Of a stretch of 64,000 bases of DNA, positions 1-8,931 are shown piece after piece. The notes under the pieces were generated by a model. It did not search any database and was not told the origin of the DNA. It saw only the letters and a list, made by a program, of their open reading frames with translations. Every line of letters begins with the position of its first letter. The first letter of the stretch is position 1. Source of the DNA: a virus; IMG/VR virus record IMGVR_UViG_3300009506_000019, positions 1-64,000 of that record; one strand, given 5' to 3'. Position numbers and translations under genes: made by a program.

Positions 1-44
1 GCCGCCGCACCCCTGCTGGCCAACCTGCCCCACTAAGGTCAACG

Positions 45-61
45 CGGCATGCGTCGTGCAT
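45..61 (+). promoter_or_regulatory. sigma54-type -24/-12 promoter CGGCATGCGTCGTGCAT
   Basis: GG-N10-GC spacing, intergenic, upstream of RBS and GTG at 107. Confidence 0.7.
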
Positions 62-106
62 CCTTCTTGGGTGTGCGGCGTGTGTCGCGCCTGAAAGGAG
101 AGCACG

Positions 107-346
107 GTGAACCCCATCACACAGCACGCGCAGCTGGCTCGAAGCCAGATGCCGAAAGGAAGCGGACCGCACCACCGGTCCAGAGGCGTGTTCGCGAAGC
201 CGCGAGCACACAACGGCAAGACCCGCCTCTTCACGAACCTGGACATCGTGAGGATGCGCCTGGCCGAAGGCGACAAGGCAGGTGCCCGTCGTCTGCTCGA
301 GGAAATCAAGTCCGGAGCCAAGAAGGCCCTGGCCGTAGCCGAGTAG
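107..346 (+). CDS. hypothetical basic protein
   Basis: AGGAG RBS, GTG start, phage-like codon usage. Confidence 0.7.
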   Translation: MNPITQHAQLARSQMPKGSGPHHRSRGVFAKPRAHNGKTRLFTNLDIVRMRLAEGDKAGARRLLEEIKSGAKKALAVAE

Positions 347-373
347 TCCACTCACAAACAGGAGAAAGCAACC

Positions 374-556
374 ATGAACCGTCCGTTTCGAAATCTCGAC
401 CTGGAGCTGCCCGAAGTGTACAAGAAGGCAGCTCAGAAGCGCCGTCGTCAGCTCAACATGGAGGCCAAGAAGATCGCTCCGGGAGCGCCGAGGGTGGCCG
501 TGGCTCGAAACGTGCTTGCGTGGCGTGAGGCGAACAAGCAGCGTCTCGGTCTCTAA
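374..556 (+). CDS. hypothetical basic protein
   Basis: AGGAG..GCAACC-ATG leader. Confidence 0.7.
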   Translation: MNRPFRNLDLELPEVYKKAAQKRRRQLNMEAKKIAPGAPRVAVARNVLAWREANKQRLGL

Positions 557-567
557 ACTGTAAGGTG

Positions 568-622
568 GTCAGTGGGAACGTATCCCCCTCCTCAGCCGGA
601 TCGTGGGAACGTTCCCACTGAC
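568..622. repeat. 14-bp inverted repeat with nested 16-bp palindrome
   Basis: GTCAGTGGGAACGT (568-581) / ACGTTCCCACTGAC (609-622); GTGGGAACGTTCCCAC at 603-618. Confidence 0.9.
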
Positions 623-649
623 TGCATATTTGTTCAACGAGTATTGTGG

Positions 650-825
650 TGTCTTGAGGTACGGACATTCAGGGTTGTATTGTCTCGAGCCTCAGACACG
701 GTGTCCGGAGGTCAAGACAGGTAAGGTATCGAGGGTCTTGAGCTGCAGACATGTTCCGTCGTCAAGACAGGGTATGTCTGGAATTCAAGACACTCGGAAT
801 CGAGAGATGTCGTTCCCACGAGACA
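650..825. repeat. array of seven 18-bp palindromic sites, consensus TGTCTTGA-NN-TCAAGACA
   Basis: copies start at 650, 681, 702, 734, 752, 775, 808; all end GACA; five start TGTC, one GGTC, one TGTT. Confidence 0.88.
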
Positions 826-844
826 CCAACAAGGAGGCTGTCAG

Positions 845-1147
845 ATGAGGCAATTCCGAATCGTCCAAGGAGGTAGAGGCGGGGACTATGAGCCATTTGC
901 CAGGTCAACAGCAACAACAGCCACCATCGACCTGGACATGACCGACCTCCACCAGAAGGTGCGGGAGTTCGAATCCACCGTCAGAGAGGTCATCGAGGGT
1001 GAGAAGCTGACCAAACGCGAATACGAACTCTTCGTCTTCATGGTGGCCCATTTCGCCGACGCCCACGAGATCTACAACGAGGAAATCCACGACGAGTGCT
1101 ATCTGCTCATGGGCAAAATCGAGAGAACCATGGGGAAGGGCAAATGA
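845..1147 (+). CDS. hypothetical protein
   Basis: AAGGAGG RBS. Confidence 0.75.
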   Translation: MRQFRIVQGGRGGDYEPFARSTATTATIDLDMTDLHQKVREFESTVREVIEGEKLTKREYELFVFMVAHFADAHEIYNEEIHDECYLLMGKIERTMGKGK

Positions 1148-1386
1148 GCATCAGGGCAAGCGACCGACTCGTCAACACCGTGCTCCCGGCCGGAGCCAGG
1201 GGACAACCCGCCAAAGGAGCCTACGGATGCCGGAAGGACAGCCGTGGACTCAAAGGATTCTACGAGCCCAAAGGCCACAGAAGAGGCAGGGTCGTAGAGT
1301 ACGTGGGAGAAGCTCTGGTGGAGTGGCTGATGGAGCAGGGGCGATGGGCAGAGGCAGAGGAGCTTCTGGATTCCCTGGGTGATTAG
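1144..1386 (+). CDS. hypothetical protein
   Basis: ATGA overlap with upstream gene. Confidence 0.65.
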   Translation: MSIRASDRLVNTVLPAGARGQPAKGAYGCRKDSRGLKGFYEPKGHRRGRVVEYVGEALVEWLMEQGRWAEAEELLDSLGD

Positions 1387-1452
1387 GACCAACAGGGGGA
1401 AGGACACCTGCTGGTAGAGAGAGGTATTGTACACTTGAACAAGGAGAGCATC

Positions 1453-1725
1453 ATGAGTCAGGACATCTGGGTTGGAATCCTCGAGTGCCCCGGAGGCTAC
1501 GAGGGAGGGCATACGTGGGTCGTCACGGGAAGTACGTTCGAAGAGGTGGCGAAGCTCCTCTGGGACGAGATGACCGCCGACGACACCAAAATCGCCGATT
1601 GGGAAGGCGTCGAGTGGGATTTCGAGCGCTTCCTGAAGGAGGAGGGCACCTACTGCGACGAGATGAAGACCCGGATTCTGCCCGCGAAGCTGGGGCAGGT
1701 CGTCAAACTCTTCCCGCAGGGCTGA
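1453..1725 (+). CDS. hypothetical acidic protein
   Basis: AAGGAGAGCATC-ATG. Confidence 0.75.
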   Translation: MSQDIWVGILECPGGYEGGHTWVVTGSTFEEVAKLLWDEMTADDTKIADWEGVEWDFERFLKEEGTYCDEMKTRILPAKLGQVVKLFPQG

Positions 1726-1728
1726 CAC

Positions 1729-1992
1729 ATGACGTTGAAACAGAAGCTCAAGGACTTCGTGCTGGTAGCCAACGACTACAGCGGGATTGAGTACGGGTTC
1801 AACACCCGAGTCAAGGGCTGGCAGGGGCAGAAGGCCATCGTCACCATCGTGGACCAGGACGACCCGGACACGGAGCAGGACGAAGTGCTATTGTCGTACG
1901 ATGGCGAGAACTACCGTATCGAAAACACGGAAGGCAAACTGCTGGCCACCACCCGATACCCCCGCGTCCTGTTCGCGATTCTGTACACGTAA
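1729..1992 (+). CDS. hypothetical protein
   Basis: tight operon packing, codon bias. Confidence 0.7.
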   Translation: MTLKQKLKDFVLVANDYSGIEYGFNTRVKGWQGQKAIVTIVDQDDPDTEQDEVLLSYDGENYRIENTEGKLLATTRYPRVLFAILYT

Positions 1993-2007
1993 CCAAGGAG
2001 AGCAACC

Positions 2008-2310
2008 ATGAGTTTGAAGGACAAAGTGCTGGTAGAGATCGAGAACCTGCGCGGCAACGCCAGGTTCCCGTCCGTGCTCGACATATGCTACAGCGGCGAG
2101 GCAACCGACTGCGCCAAGCGGCTGGGCGTGGGCCGACACGACACCGAGGAGGTCCTGACCGCCGTGAAACGGCTCCACGAAGACGGAAAGGTCAAATTCG
2201 TCTACCGCTGGGGCTATACCTGGGTGGTGCCGAGCTGGAAGAGCGACATCAAGGACGAAGAGCTGATCCAGAACCCGACTGATCGACCCTACAATTGGGA
2301 GGAGCTATGA
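2008..2310 (+). CDS. hypothetical protein, possible winged helix
   Basis: strong RBS; helix-turn-helix-like AKRLGV..EVLTAVKRLHEDGKV followed by a beta hairpin. Confidence 0.6.
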   Translation: MSLKDKVLVEIENLRGNARFPSVLDICYSGEATDCAKRLGVGRHDTEEVLTAVKRLHEDGKVKFVYRWGYTWVVPSWKSDIKDEELIQNPTDRPYNWEEL

Positions 2311-2699
2311 AATCTTCATTGAGGAAGCTCGAGAAGGCCATCAACGCGCTGCTCACGGAGAAGCAGAAACGCGAGATGGCCGAAGATGAGCAGGGAGTCA
2401 TGCTCGTGGACGAAAACAGTCCATGGGAGCACAACCCTGTGCTCTACGTCGGAGACGTGGCCGTGAAGCTGGGCGAGGATGACGACAATCTCCACGTCTG
2501 GACCGAATCGACCAAGGACGCCTACAGACTGTGTTCTCTCGACCCCAATCGGCCGATGGACGAACTGGCGAAGAAGGTCATTCGCTGTCTGAAGGCACCG
2601 TTCCCCTACGGAACCGCAGCAGCCAAGCGGTATCTCGAATGGAAGCGCCAGAATCCGGACATGGACGGATTCACGCCCAAGAAAGGGATTGATTACTGA
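2307..2699 (+). CDS. hypothetical protein
   Basis: GGAGG RBS, ATGA overlap. Confidence 0.7.
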   Translation: MKSSLRKLEKAINALLTEKQKREMAEDEQGVMLVDENSPWEHNPVLYVGDVAVKLGEDDDNLHVWTESTKDAYRLCSLDPNRPMDELAKKVIRCLKAPFPYGTAAAKRYLEWKRQNPDMDGFTPKKGIDY

Positions 2700-2890
2700 T
2701 GAGCAAACACCCACCCAGCAGCACGGAGATTCCGTTTAAGACGCCGAGCTTTTGCTTGAAGGTGATGTGTAGCACATGCAAGAGGGTCATGGGACAGAGC
2801 CAGGGCAAGTGGCGTCGATGCGGCAAGAATCAGGAAATCTTCATCTGTGACGACTGCAGGAGGAAAGACGATGCCAGCTATCGTTATTGA
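2699..2890 (+). CDS. small Cys-rich (zinc-ribbon-like) protein
   Basis: CxxC...CxxC, TGATG coupling. Confidence 0.55.
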   Translation: MSKHPPSSTEIPFKTPSFCLKVMCSTCKRVMGQSQGKWRRCGKNQEIFICDDCRRKDDASYRY

Positions 2891-3137
2891 CGGCCGAAAG
2901 CTCAGCGAGGCTCAAATCCGCGCTAAGGCCCAGAAGCAGCTGAATCAACCCAGCCTCGAAGAGGATCTGGGCGGTGGACCGGGCGACCACGGCTTCATCC
3001 TTCACGGAGATCGCCTCTTTTACTACCACGTCGCATCGGTCAAAAGAGGATTCTACGTGGCGTCAACTAATGAGATGTCACCCAGCCAGACCAGACCCCT
3101 GGTCAAAGCGTACCTCAAAGAAAGGAAGATCCGATGA
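2871..3137 (+). CDS. hypothetical protein
   Basis: AGGAGG RBS. Confidence 0.65.
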   Translation: MPAIVIDGRKLSEAQIRAKAQKQLNQPSLEEDLGGGPGDHGFILHGDRLFYYHVASVKRGFYVASTNEMSPSQTRPLVKAYLKERKIR

Positions 3138-3547
3138 AGAGCATGCATGAGCAACTCGTAAACGCCACCAAGGTGCCGGAGGTGGACTTCTTCGCCCAAC
3201 TCGCGGCCGAACTCGTGATGGCCGGAGTCAAAATCGTGCCGGAGAGGTGGTGGATGCGTCTGGGCGATTGGCTGGGCGAGAACTACACCATCTTCGACGA
3301 GCCCGAAATCCACGACCTCAACGGATTCACCCACCACGAGAACCACGCCAGAAGCCAACCCCACGAGAGCTGGCAGTGGGACACCTTCAGCCAGATGAAG
3401 GGAGCCTGGGTGATTCCGGTCGAGGAACTCATCTGCCTCTACGACAACGACCCCAACGCCTGTGACTTCGTGAGTATCAACAGACTGACCTTCGTCGGCA
3501 CCGAAGAGAAGCTGGAAGAGGCAATCATGGAGATTCTCAGAACATGA
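3134..3547 (+). CDS. hypothetical acidic protein
   Basis: ATGA coupling. Confidence 0.7.
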   Translation: MKSMHEQLVNATKVPEVDFFAQLAAELVMAGVKIVPERWWMRLGDWLGENYTIFDEPEIHDLNGFTHHENHARSQPHESWQWDTFSQMKGAWVIPVEELICLYDNDPNACDFVSINRLTFVGTEEKLEEAIMEILRT

Positions 3548-3915
3548 AGACATGGCTTGCGACGTACACGCACACCGTGGATGACTGCTGGTCGGTGAGC
3601 GCAATCGGCAACACCGAAGAGGAGGCCAAGGCTAACCTCCTGGCAAAGCTCAACTCAGATCCAAGCGAAACGTTCACGGCCGAAGAATACGAGGAAGACG
3701 GCGATTTCGAAGTCGAAGAGCTTCCTCTGGGTAACAGCTTCTGGGAGGTCGGATTTGGGTACGACTCGTTCACCCGATTCTGTCTGGCCGACACCGAAGA
3801 AGAAGCCAAAGCCAAGTTCATAAGTATGACCAAGAAAGTGCTCGATAACGCAGAAGAGCCTGGTTGGGAAGAGAATGTCTGGGCTGTCGAGTCAAGCGAT
3901 AGGTGGATGCCATGA
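3544..3915 (+). CDS. acidic protein with internal tandem duplication
   Basis: GNTEEEAKA and ADTEEEAKA repeats. Confidence 0.7.
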   Translation: MKTWLATYTHTVDDCWSVSAIGNTEEEAKANLLAKLNSDPSETFTAEEYEEDGDFEVEELPLGNSFWEVGFGYDSFTRFCLADTEEEAKAKFISMTKKVLDNAEEPGWEENVWAVESSDRWMP

Positions 3916-4181
3916 AGGTAACTCAATACTACACCAACATCAAGACTGAGGAATGGGTCATCCTGTCGGTTGGAGAGGATGGCGACGCCATGCTCGAGGA
4001 TGGCTACAAGCGAGAGTGCTCGAACACCTGGTGGCCAGATGGCAAGGAGCCCAAGACTGACGACGAGTGGGACGATCGCTACGAAAAATTCGTGGGTGGT
4101 GACATCACAACCGAAGAGGTTAGCCTCACGAAGATGAAAGGGCTGGTTCACGAACACATCGGCATGCACACCAACTATTAA
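3912..4181 (+). CDS. hypothetical acidic protein
   Basis: ATGA coupling. Confidence 0.7.
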   Translation: MKVTQYYTNIKTEEWVILSVGEDGDAMLEDGYKRECSNTWWPDGKEPKTDDEWDDRYEKFVGGDITTEEVSLTKMKGLVHEHIGMHTNY

Positions 4182-4232
4182 GGCGTACCATCTGGCGAGC
4201 CTTGATCGTGAGGCTCGCCACATGGCATGCTT

Positions 4233-4249
4233 TGACATGGCCCTTGCAT
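4233..4249 (+). promoter_or_regulatory. degenerate sigma54-type promoter TGACATGGCCCTTGCAT
   Basis: intergenic, TTGCAT -12 element plus T-rich tail, but GA in place of GG at -24. Confidence 0.35.
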
Positions 4250-4289
4250 CTCTTGTCTGTGTACCGGGTGTGATCATCAGGAGGTAAGC

Positions 4290-4478
4290 TTGACAATCCA
4301 AGTCAAAGGCGTACGTATCGACTTTCACGCTACCCACCACGCCACCTATCAGTGGGGAGCGACATTCATATGGCCAAATGGCCGGAAGACCTACGGAGAG
4401 TATCGAACCGTGGGCGAAGCAATCGAATCAGCCAAAACTCACCAAAAGGAGAGCAACCATGACCAAAATGCTGAATGA
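4290..4478 (+). CDS. hypothetical protein
   Basis: AGGAGGT RBS with TTG start. Confidence 0.6.
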   Translation: MTIQVKGVRIDFHATHHATYQWGATFIWPNGRKTYGEYRTVGEAIESAKTHQKESNHDQNAE

Positions 4479-5112
4479 CGGTCGAGCCTGCACAGCTGCC
4501 GTCAACGACATGATGGCACAGGCCCAGGAACGACGCTGGATGCCAGAGATGATGGGCGAGCGCCAGTTCATCAAGTTCGGCTTGATTTTCGGCCACTACG
4601 ACAGCCGAGGAGGAGCCTGCTTGCTGGCCGATCCCAACATCATCAACGGAATGCGTCGCTATAACGAGGCGTGCGGCTGGGAGCCAGACGACAACTGCGC
4701 GTTCGAAGACCTGCAGAATTGTTCGCAGGGCCACATCGAGATCGCGGTGGTCGGAGGCGAGCTGACAGAGGGCGAGCTGCTCCACAACTACAGCGACGAG
4801 GGAGGCTTCGTCCTCTTCAGGGTGGAGACCCGCTACGACAACAAGCTGCAGGAAGACGGCAACCCGGACTGGACCGACTGGCAGGAACAGCCATGGGCCG
4901 TGCTCGTGAAGCTCACCGAAGAGCAGCAAAAGAAGCTCGACGACTTCTACAACGAGGACGGCGACGAAGAGAATGGCAAGCTGCTGATGGCGGAAGTCCT
5001 CAAGGATGTGGACTTCGTGAGCTGGGATGGCGGAGTCCTCAGACAGCAGTACCGCTTCACCGAATGGGACGTGGGCGAAGACGCCTGCGGTCTTTGCAAC
5101 CTGGGAGTCTGA
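4459..5112 (+). CDS. hypothetical acidic protein
   Basis: AAGGAGAGCAACC-ATG. Confidence 0.75.
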   Translation: MTKMLNDGRACTAAVNDMMAQAQERRWMPEMMGERQFIKFGLIFGHYDSRGGACLLADPNIINGMRRYNEACGWEPDDNCAFEDLQNCSQGHIEIAVVGGELTEGELLHNYSDEGGFVLFRVETRYDNKLQEDGNPDWTDWQEQPWAVLVKLTEEQQKKLDDFYNEDGDEENGKLLMAEVLKDVDFVSWDGGVLRQQYRFTEWDVGEDACGLCNLGV

Positions 5113-5113
5113 C

Positions 5114-5455
5114 ATGACGATGTGGCACATGCGCTGCGAGTACGACCACGGAAAGATCGTGGACCTGGATGACCAGCTGGCCGACAATCCAGGAGAGGCG
5201 ATCAAAAAGACGTTCTCCAGTCCGGACTGGTATCTGCATCGGATCACCGAAGACCCGTATCAGCCGTGCTGGCACTTCAAGCTCAAGGACGCCAAACTCA
5301 CGGTGTACGTGTGGGAGAACGATAGCGTCTGCCCGGAGTGCGGCGCGGAAGATCCGTTCAAGCCCAACAAAGAGTATTGCGCCACGTGCCGATCGGAAGC
5401 ATACGAGACCGTGCGGGACGCGGAAATCCGAGCTGGTTGGGATCCCACGCCATGA
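5114..5455 (+). CDS. hypothetical protein with C-terminal zinc ribbon
   Basis: CPEC...CATC. Confidence 0.7.
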   Translation: MTMWHMRCEYDHGKIVDLDDQLADNPGEAIKKTFSSPDWYLHRITEDPYQPCWHFKLKDAKLTVYVWENDSVCPECGAEDPFKPNKEYCATCRSEAYETVRDAEIRAGWDPTP

Positions 5456-5841
5456 GTGAAGATATCATCAGCATGAATACGGACTACTGCGCCAAGTGTG
5501 GCGCAGAACACGACTACATGAGCGGTCCGTGTGAGAAATGCGGTAGCCACGTCTTCACCAAGGAGAAACCGCACAAGACCTACGGTGTCTACAAGTTCTA
5601 CAAGGACGGAGCCTGTAACGACAGCCCGTACATCGCCATCTTCGAAGATGAGGATGACGCAAAAAAGGCGGTAGAGGTGCTGGAAAAGCTGCGGCACGAC
5701 AACCGACGTGACATGGCCTTTGCATGTAACGAGGGTTGGGAATTCCGGTGCTACTGGACCTACGAGGAGGTACCAGCACCCAAGACGTTTGACGAGTTCA
5801 TGACTCACGTAAACGAAACACTGGAGGAGTGTGATGGCTGA
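5452..5841 (+). CDS. hypothetical protein with N-terminal zinc ribbon
   Basis: CAKC...CEKC. Confidence 0.7.
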   Translation: MSEDIISMNTDYCAKCGAEHDYMSGPCEKCGSHVFTKEKPHKTYGVYKFYKDGACNDSPYIAIFEDEDDAKKAVEVLEKLRHDNRRDMAFACNEGWEFRCYWTYEEVPAPKTFDEFMTHVNETLEECDG

Positions 5842-6268
5842 CAGAGGAAAAAGACGCCGAAAGAATCGACCAAGAAGCAGAAGTAAGAAAGAGAAGTTGT
5901 TCGCCATCGTGCACGACGGCACGTTCGAAGGCGACAGCAACTACCAATGTCCAGGAGAAAAGATTCCGTACAAAGACGGACAGACCTGGAACGAAATCAA
6001 AGAAGCCTTCCTCAAACAGAGGATGAAAGATGAGGGCTATGACGACGTGGCCGAGTTCATCGAAGAATTCGGCTATGACAAGATAGCTGGTGCCTGGGTC
6101 GTGACCGAGAAACAGTTTGAGATGATCGAGCTGGTCTGGGAATCCGACCCCGGCTGCGACAGTGCGGTCTACACGTGCAACTACACCGCCAAGTGCATGG
6201 CCGAAAAAGCGTGCGTCGCCTATCTCGGCAAGAAGCCCAAGATGCACGACAGAAAGAAGTGGTACTGA
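5834..6268 (+). CDS. hypothetical protein
   Basis: GGAGG RBS. Confidence 0.7.
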   Translation: MADRGKRRRKNRPRSRSKKEKLFAIVHDGTFEGDSNYQCPGEKIPYKDGQTWNEIKEAFLKQRMKDEGYDDVAEFIEEFGYDKIAGAWVVTEKQFEMIELVWESDPGCDSAVYTCNYTAKCMAEKACVAYLGKKPKMHDRKKWY

Positions 6269-6621
6269 TGTTAGTCTGCAAGAAGTGTGGGAGTCCGGAC
6301 ATCAACGTGGCGATGTGGGCCAACCCCAACACCAACGAGTTGATGGTTGATGGCGAACCGCTCTTCGACTACAACCAGGCACCGAAGAACATCTGCGTTC
6401 AATACTGCAACATCTGCGATGAAGAATGCGAAGTCGAAGAGAAGAAAGAGTTCGTCGCCATCAAGCCTTACTTCGGCGGGAGAAAGGTGAAGCTCGAGCT
6501 GATGTATACCTCCAAGCTCGAAATGGTGGTAAAACGTAAGGGCGAGCGTGAGTTGTTCACCCGCGAGGATGAAGAGGAAGCGTGGGCTGACAGCGAGGGT
6601 AAGCGCTGGCTGGAGGTCTGA
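6268..6621 (+). CDS. hypothetical protein with zinc ribbon
   Basis: CKKCGS...CNIC, TGATG coupling. Confidence 0.7.
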   Translation: MLVCKKCGSPDINVAMWANPNTNELMVDGEPLFDYNQAPKNICVQYCNICDEECEVEEKKEFVAIKPYFGGRKVKLELMYTSKLEMVVKRKGERELFTREDEEEAWADSEGKRWLEV

Positions 6622-6633
6622 AGGTAGTTAATT

Positions 6634-6650
6634 CGGCACGTGTCCTGCAT
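6634..6650 (+). promoter_or_regulatory. sigma54-type promoter CGGCACGTGTCCTGCAT
   Basis: GGCAC -24 element, GG-N10-GC, intergenic. Confidence 0.8.
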
Positions 6651-6702
6651 ATCTTTTGTGTGGGCCACCAATGGCCGTTTTCAAGCTGAGAGGAGAGCAA
6701 TC

Positions 6703-6927
6703 ATGGAGATGCAAGAAGTATCGTCATCGAACATCAGGCTGATTGGCTACGACGAGGCCAACAAGACGATGGGTGTCGTGTTTCACAGTGGCAACCTCTA
6801 CCACTTCTTTGACGTGCCAAAAGAAGTGCACGACGAGCTGGTGGAAGCACCGTCCGTGGGCAGGCAGTTCAACACCAGCGTGCGCGACCAGTACGAGTAC
6901 GAGGACAAGGGACCGTACAGTGGGTGA
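6703..6927 (+). CDS. KTSC domain protein
   Basis: VSSSNIRLIGYD...VFHSG.LYHFFDVP..V...L..APSVGRQFN matches the KTSC pattern. Confidence 0.9.
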   Translation: MEMQEVSSSNIRLIGYDEANKTMGVVFHSGNLYHFFDVPKEVHDELVEAPSVGRQFNTSVRDQYEYEDKGPYSG

Positions 6928-7120
6928 CACGTGGTACTGCCCAGGCTGCGGCTTCGGGACGGACAACCCAGGTATCGCCAGGGAGCACGAGTGTCCTGCA
7001 TCTGAGCTGGATATGGCTGACTGGTACTGCCCAGACCACCCGGACGGATTCAAGGAATTCGACGGCGAGCATTGGGTTTGCATCGAATGTGGCGAGCCTC
7101 TGCAGGAGAAACCCAAGTGA
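6920..7120 (+). CDS. small Cys/His-rich protein
   Basis: WYCPGC, WYCPDH, CIEC. Confidence 0.55.
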   Translation: MGDTWYCPGCGFGTDNPGIAREHECPASELDMADWYCPDHPDGFKEFDGEHWVCIECGEPLQEKPK

Positions 7121-7398
7121 GAACGTACAAAATCACAGCAGTCAGCTGCGATTGGAAGGATCGCTACGAACCCAAGCACCTCAATCAGTGCCTGCAGTTC
7201 GTCGGAAACGGAGCGCGATTCACCGACGTAGAGAACACTGGCTCTGACCAGTACGTCACCATCTGCGCCAGCCCACCTGTAACACCAAAACAGGCACAGC
7301 GCCTGTTTGACGTGGGAGACTTTCACGTCTGCGACAATTGGGAGGGCACGATGGATCAAATCCTGCGAAAACTCAGACTACGAGCGAAGGGACTCTGA
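7117..7398 (+). CDS. hypothetical protein
   Basis: AGGAG RBS, GTGA overlap. Confidence 0.65.
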   Translation: MRTYKITAVSCDWKDRYEPKHLNQCLQFVGNGARFTDVENTGSDQYVTICASPPVTPKQAQRLFDVGDFHVCDNWEGTMDQILRKLRLRAKGL

Positions 7399-7880
7399 TG
7401 AGCTGGTACATTCTGAAAGCCGGGTATCACCACAACAACCCGTCACCGTCCTGGTATCACAATATCCAGGCCGAATCCAAGGATGAGGCTCTGTTGGAAG
7501 CATACAGAGAACTCATCAGGTCTCTGACCCACGACCAGGCATCGATTCCGGACATCAGTGCCATCCTCACCCAGAACGAGCTTGCTATCGATGTCTACGA
7601 TGAAGAAGAACTTGTGGGTGACGAGGAGTACGCCACCCAGATCGTCATCTGGAAGACAATCGATCATGCTGGCGATGTCTGCATGGGTGTGGGCTTTGGA
7701 ACAAGCTCGTCCAGCACAGACAAGTACGAAAATGTTTGGATTGAGGAGCTGGAGCCGAGGAAGAACACCAAGGAACACCTGGTTCAGGCAATCCTCGGTC
7801 ACAAGGGCTACCTGGACAGACTGCCCAAGCCACTGCTTCAACAGATCGCAAACGAGCTAGCTGCCAGAGCGGAGAGGTAG
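7398..7880 (+). CDS. hypothetical protein
   Basis: TGATG coupling. Confidence 0.7.
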   Translation: MSWYILKAGYHHNNPSPSWYHNIQAESKDEALLEAYRELIRSLTHDQASIPDISAILTQNELAIDVYDEEELVGDEEYATQIVIWKTIDHAGDVCMGVGFGTSSSSTDKYENVWIEELEPRKNTKEHLVQAILGHKGYLDRLPKPLLQQIANELAARAER

Positions 7881-8090
7881 ATGTACGTCGTCACAGCGGA
7901 AAAAACAGGTAAATTCGAAATCTACAACCAACGGCGAAAGAAAGTCGTGTTCAAAGGTACAGACCGCATGATGAAGGCGAAGGCTGGTACCTCATACGAG
8001 TTCGCTAGCTGTGACGACATGCTGGCCACGCTCTGCAAGTGGGTATCGATCTCCACGTTTCGCAAAGTCACACGGATGCTAAGACCATGA
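7881..8090 (+). CDS. hypothetical protein
   Basis: GAGG RBS, abutting start. Confidence 0.6.
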   Translation: MYVVTAEKTGKFEIYNQRRKKVVFKGTDRMMKAKAGTSYEFASCDDMLATLCKWVSISTFRKVTRMLRP

Positions 8091-8263
8091 AGAGATTGCT
8101 GGACAGGATCATCCCACCGGAAGACAGAATGGCTATGGACTTTTGTTGGCAGATTGCCTACAAGCCTATCCTTCTGGGACTTATAACAGTGGGTCTAGCC
8201 ATCGCTTTCTTAGGATCTTACGCCTACTTTGCCTACTACTTTTTCACAACCAGCCCTTGCTGA
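8087..8263 (+). CDS. small membrane protein
   Basis: one long hydrophobic segment. Confidence 0.55.
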   Translation: MKRLLDRIIPPEDRMAMDFCWQIAYKPILLGLITVGLAIAFLGSYAYFAYYFFTTSPC

Positions 8264-8271
8264 ACCACACG

Positions 8272-8288
8272 CGGCACGGGCCGTGCAT
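8272..8288 (+). promoter_or_regulatory. sigma54-type promoter CGGCACGGGCCGTGCAT
   Basis: GG-N10-GC followed by TCTTTT, intergenic. Confidence 0.8.
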
Positions 8289-8344
8289 TCTTTTGTGGTG
8301 GTGGATCCCTCTCACGAGGAAGACAAACACGAAAGGAACCAGGA

Positions 8345-8551
8345 ATGAAAGCCAAGCTCATCGTCGCGTACACCGATAACACCTGGACCGACAAGCTCGT
8401 CGAAGTGCCAGATGGCGTTGTGCCCGACAAGTATTATCGAGGCAGCGTCAAGTGGACGCAGGCAGTTCTGAAGTGGGCGACCGAGAATGCGGATCTCGGC
8501 AAAGAAATCGAGTACGTCGGCATGCTCGATGCGAATCCAGAGGAAGAATAA
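8345..8551 (+). CDS. hypothetical protein
   Basis: RBS, downstream of promoter motif. Confidence 0.7.
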   Translation: MKAKLIVAYTDNTWTDKLVEVPDGVVPDKYYRGSVKWTQAVLKWATENADLGKEIEYVGMLDANPEEE

Positions 8552-8931
8552 TGGACGACGCATTCTTCAGGAAGCTCTCACCGAGTGAAGAGCAGGAATT
8601 CCGGGAGTGGGCGAGGGAGAACTTCGATCCACAAAAGGACGCCGATCCGTGCTGGCACCCGTGCGTGCACGACGAGTGGGCCAAGCTCAAGCGCAACGAT
8701 GTGGGCTTCTTCTATTTCGAAGCTCAGACCGGCATCATCCGGGAGAAGCGGCCGATGGCACCAAGCAACTTCCACAACTACAGGCTTCCCAACCTCCTGA
8801 TGGGTACGGTGAAGGAAGCCGTAGAATCGGCCACGGTCGGACCACACGGCTTGCAGTACAAACACGAACGCGACTTCCTCGCAGACCTCGAGGAGTACGA
8901 CACGGAGACCAACAATGACGGCACCAGATAG
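8551..8931 (+). CDS. hypothetical protein
   Basis: TAATG coupling; FREWAREN..WHP.V motif. Confidence 0.7.
   Translation: MDDAFFRKLSPSEEQEFREWARENFDPQKDADPCWHPCVHDEWAKLKRNDVGFFYFEAQTGIIREKRPMAPSNFHNYRLPNLLMGTVKEAVESATVGPHGLQYKHERDFLADLEEYDTETNNDGTR

Noticed and set aside
650-825. CRISPR array
   Set aside because: units are 18 bp with variable centres and gaps of 0-15 nt; there are no spacer-length unique sequences and no cas genes
603-848. 81-aa ORF across the palindrome array
   Set aside because: no RBS, atypical codons, and the sequence is explained by the DNA dyads
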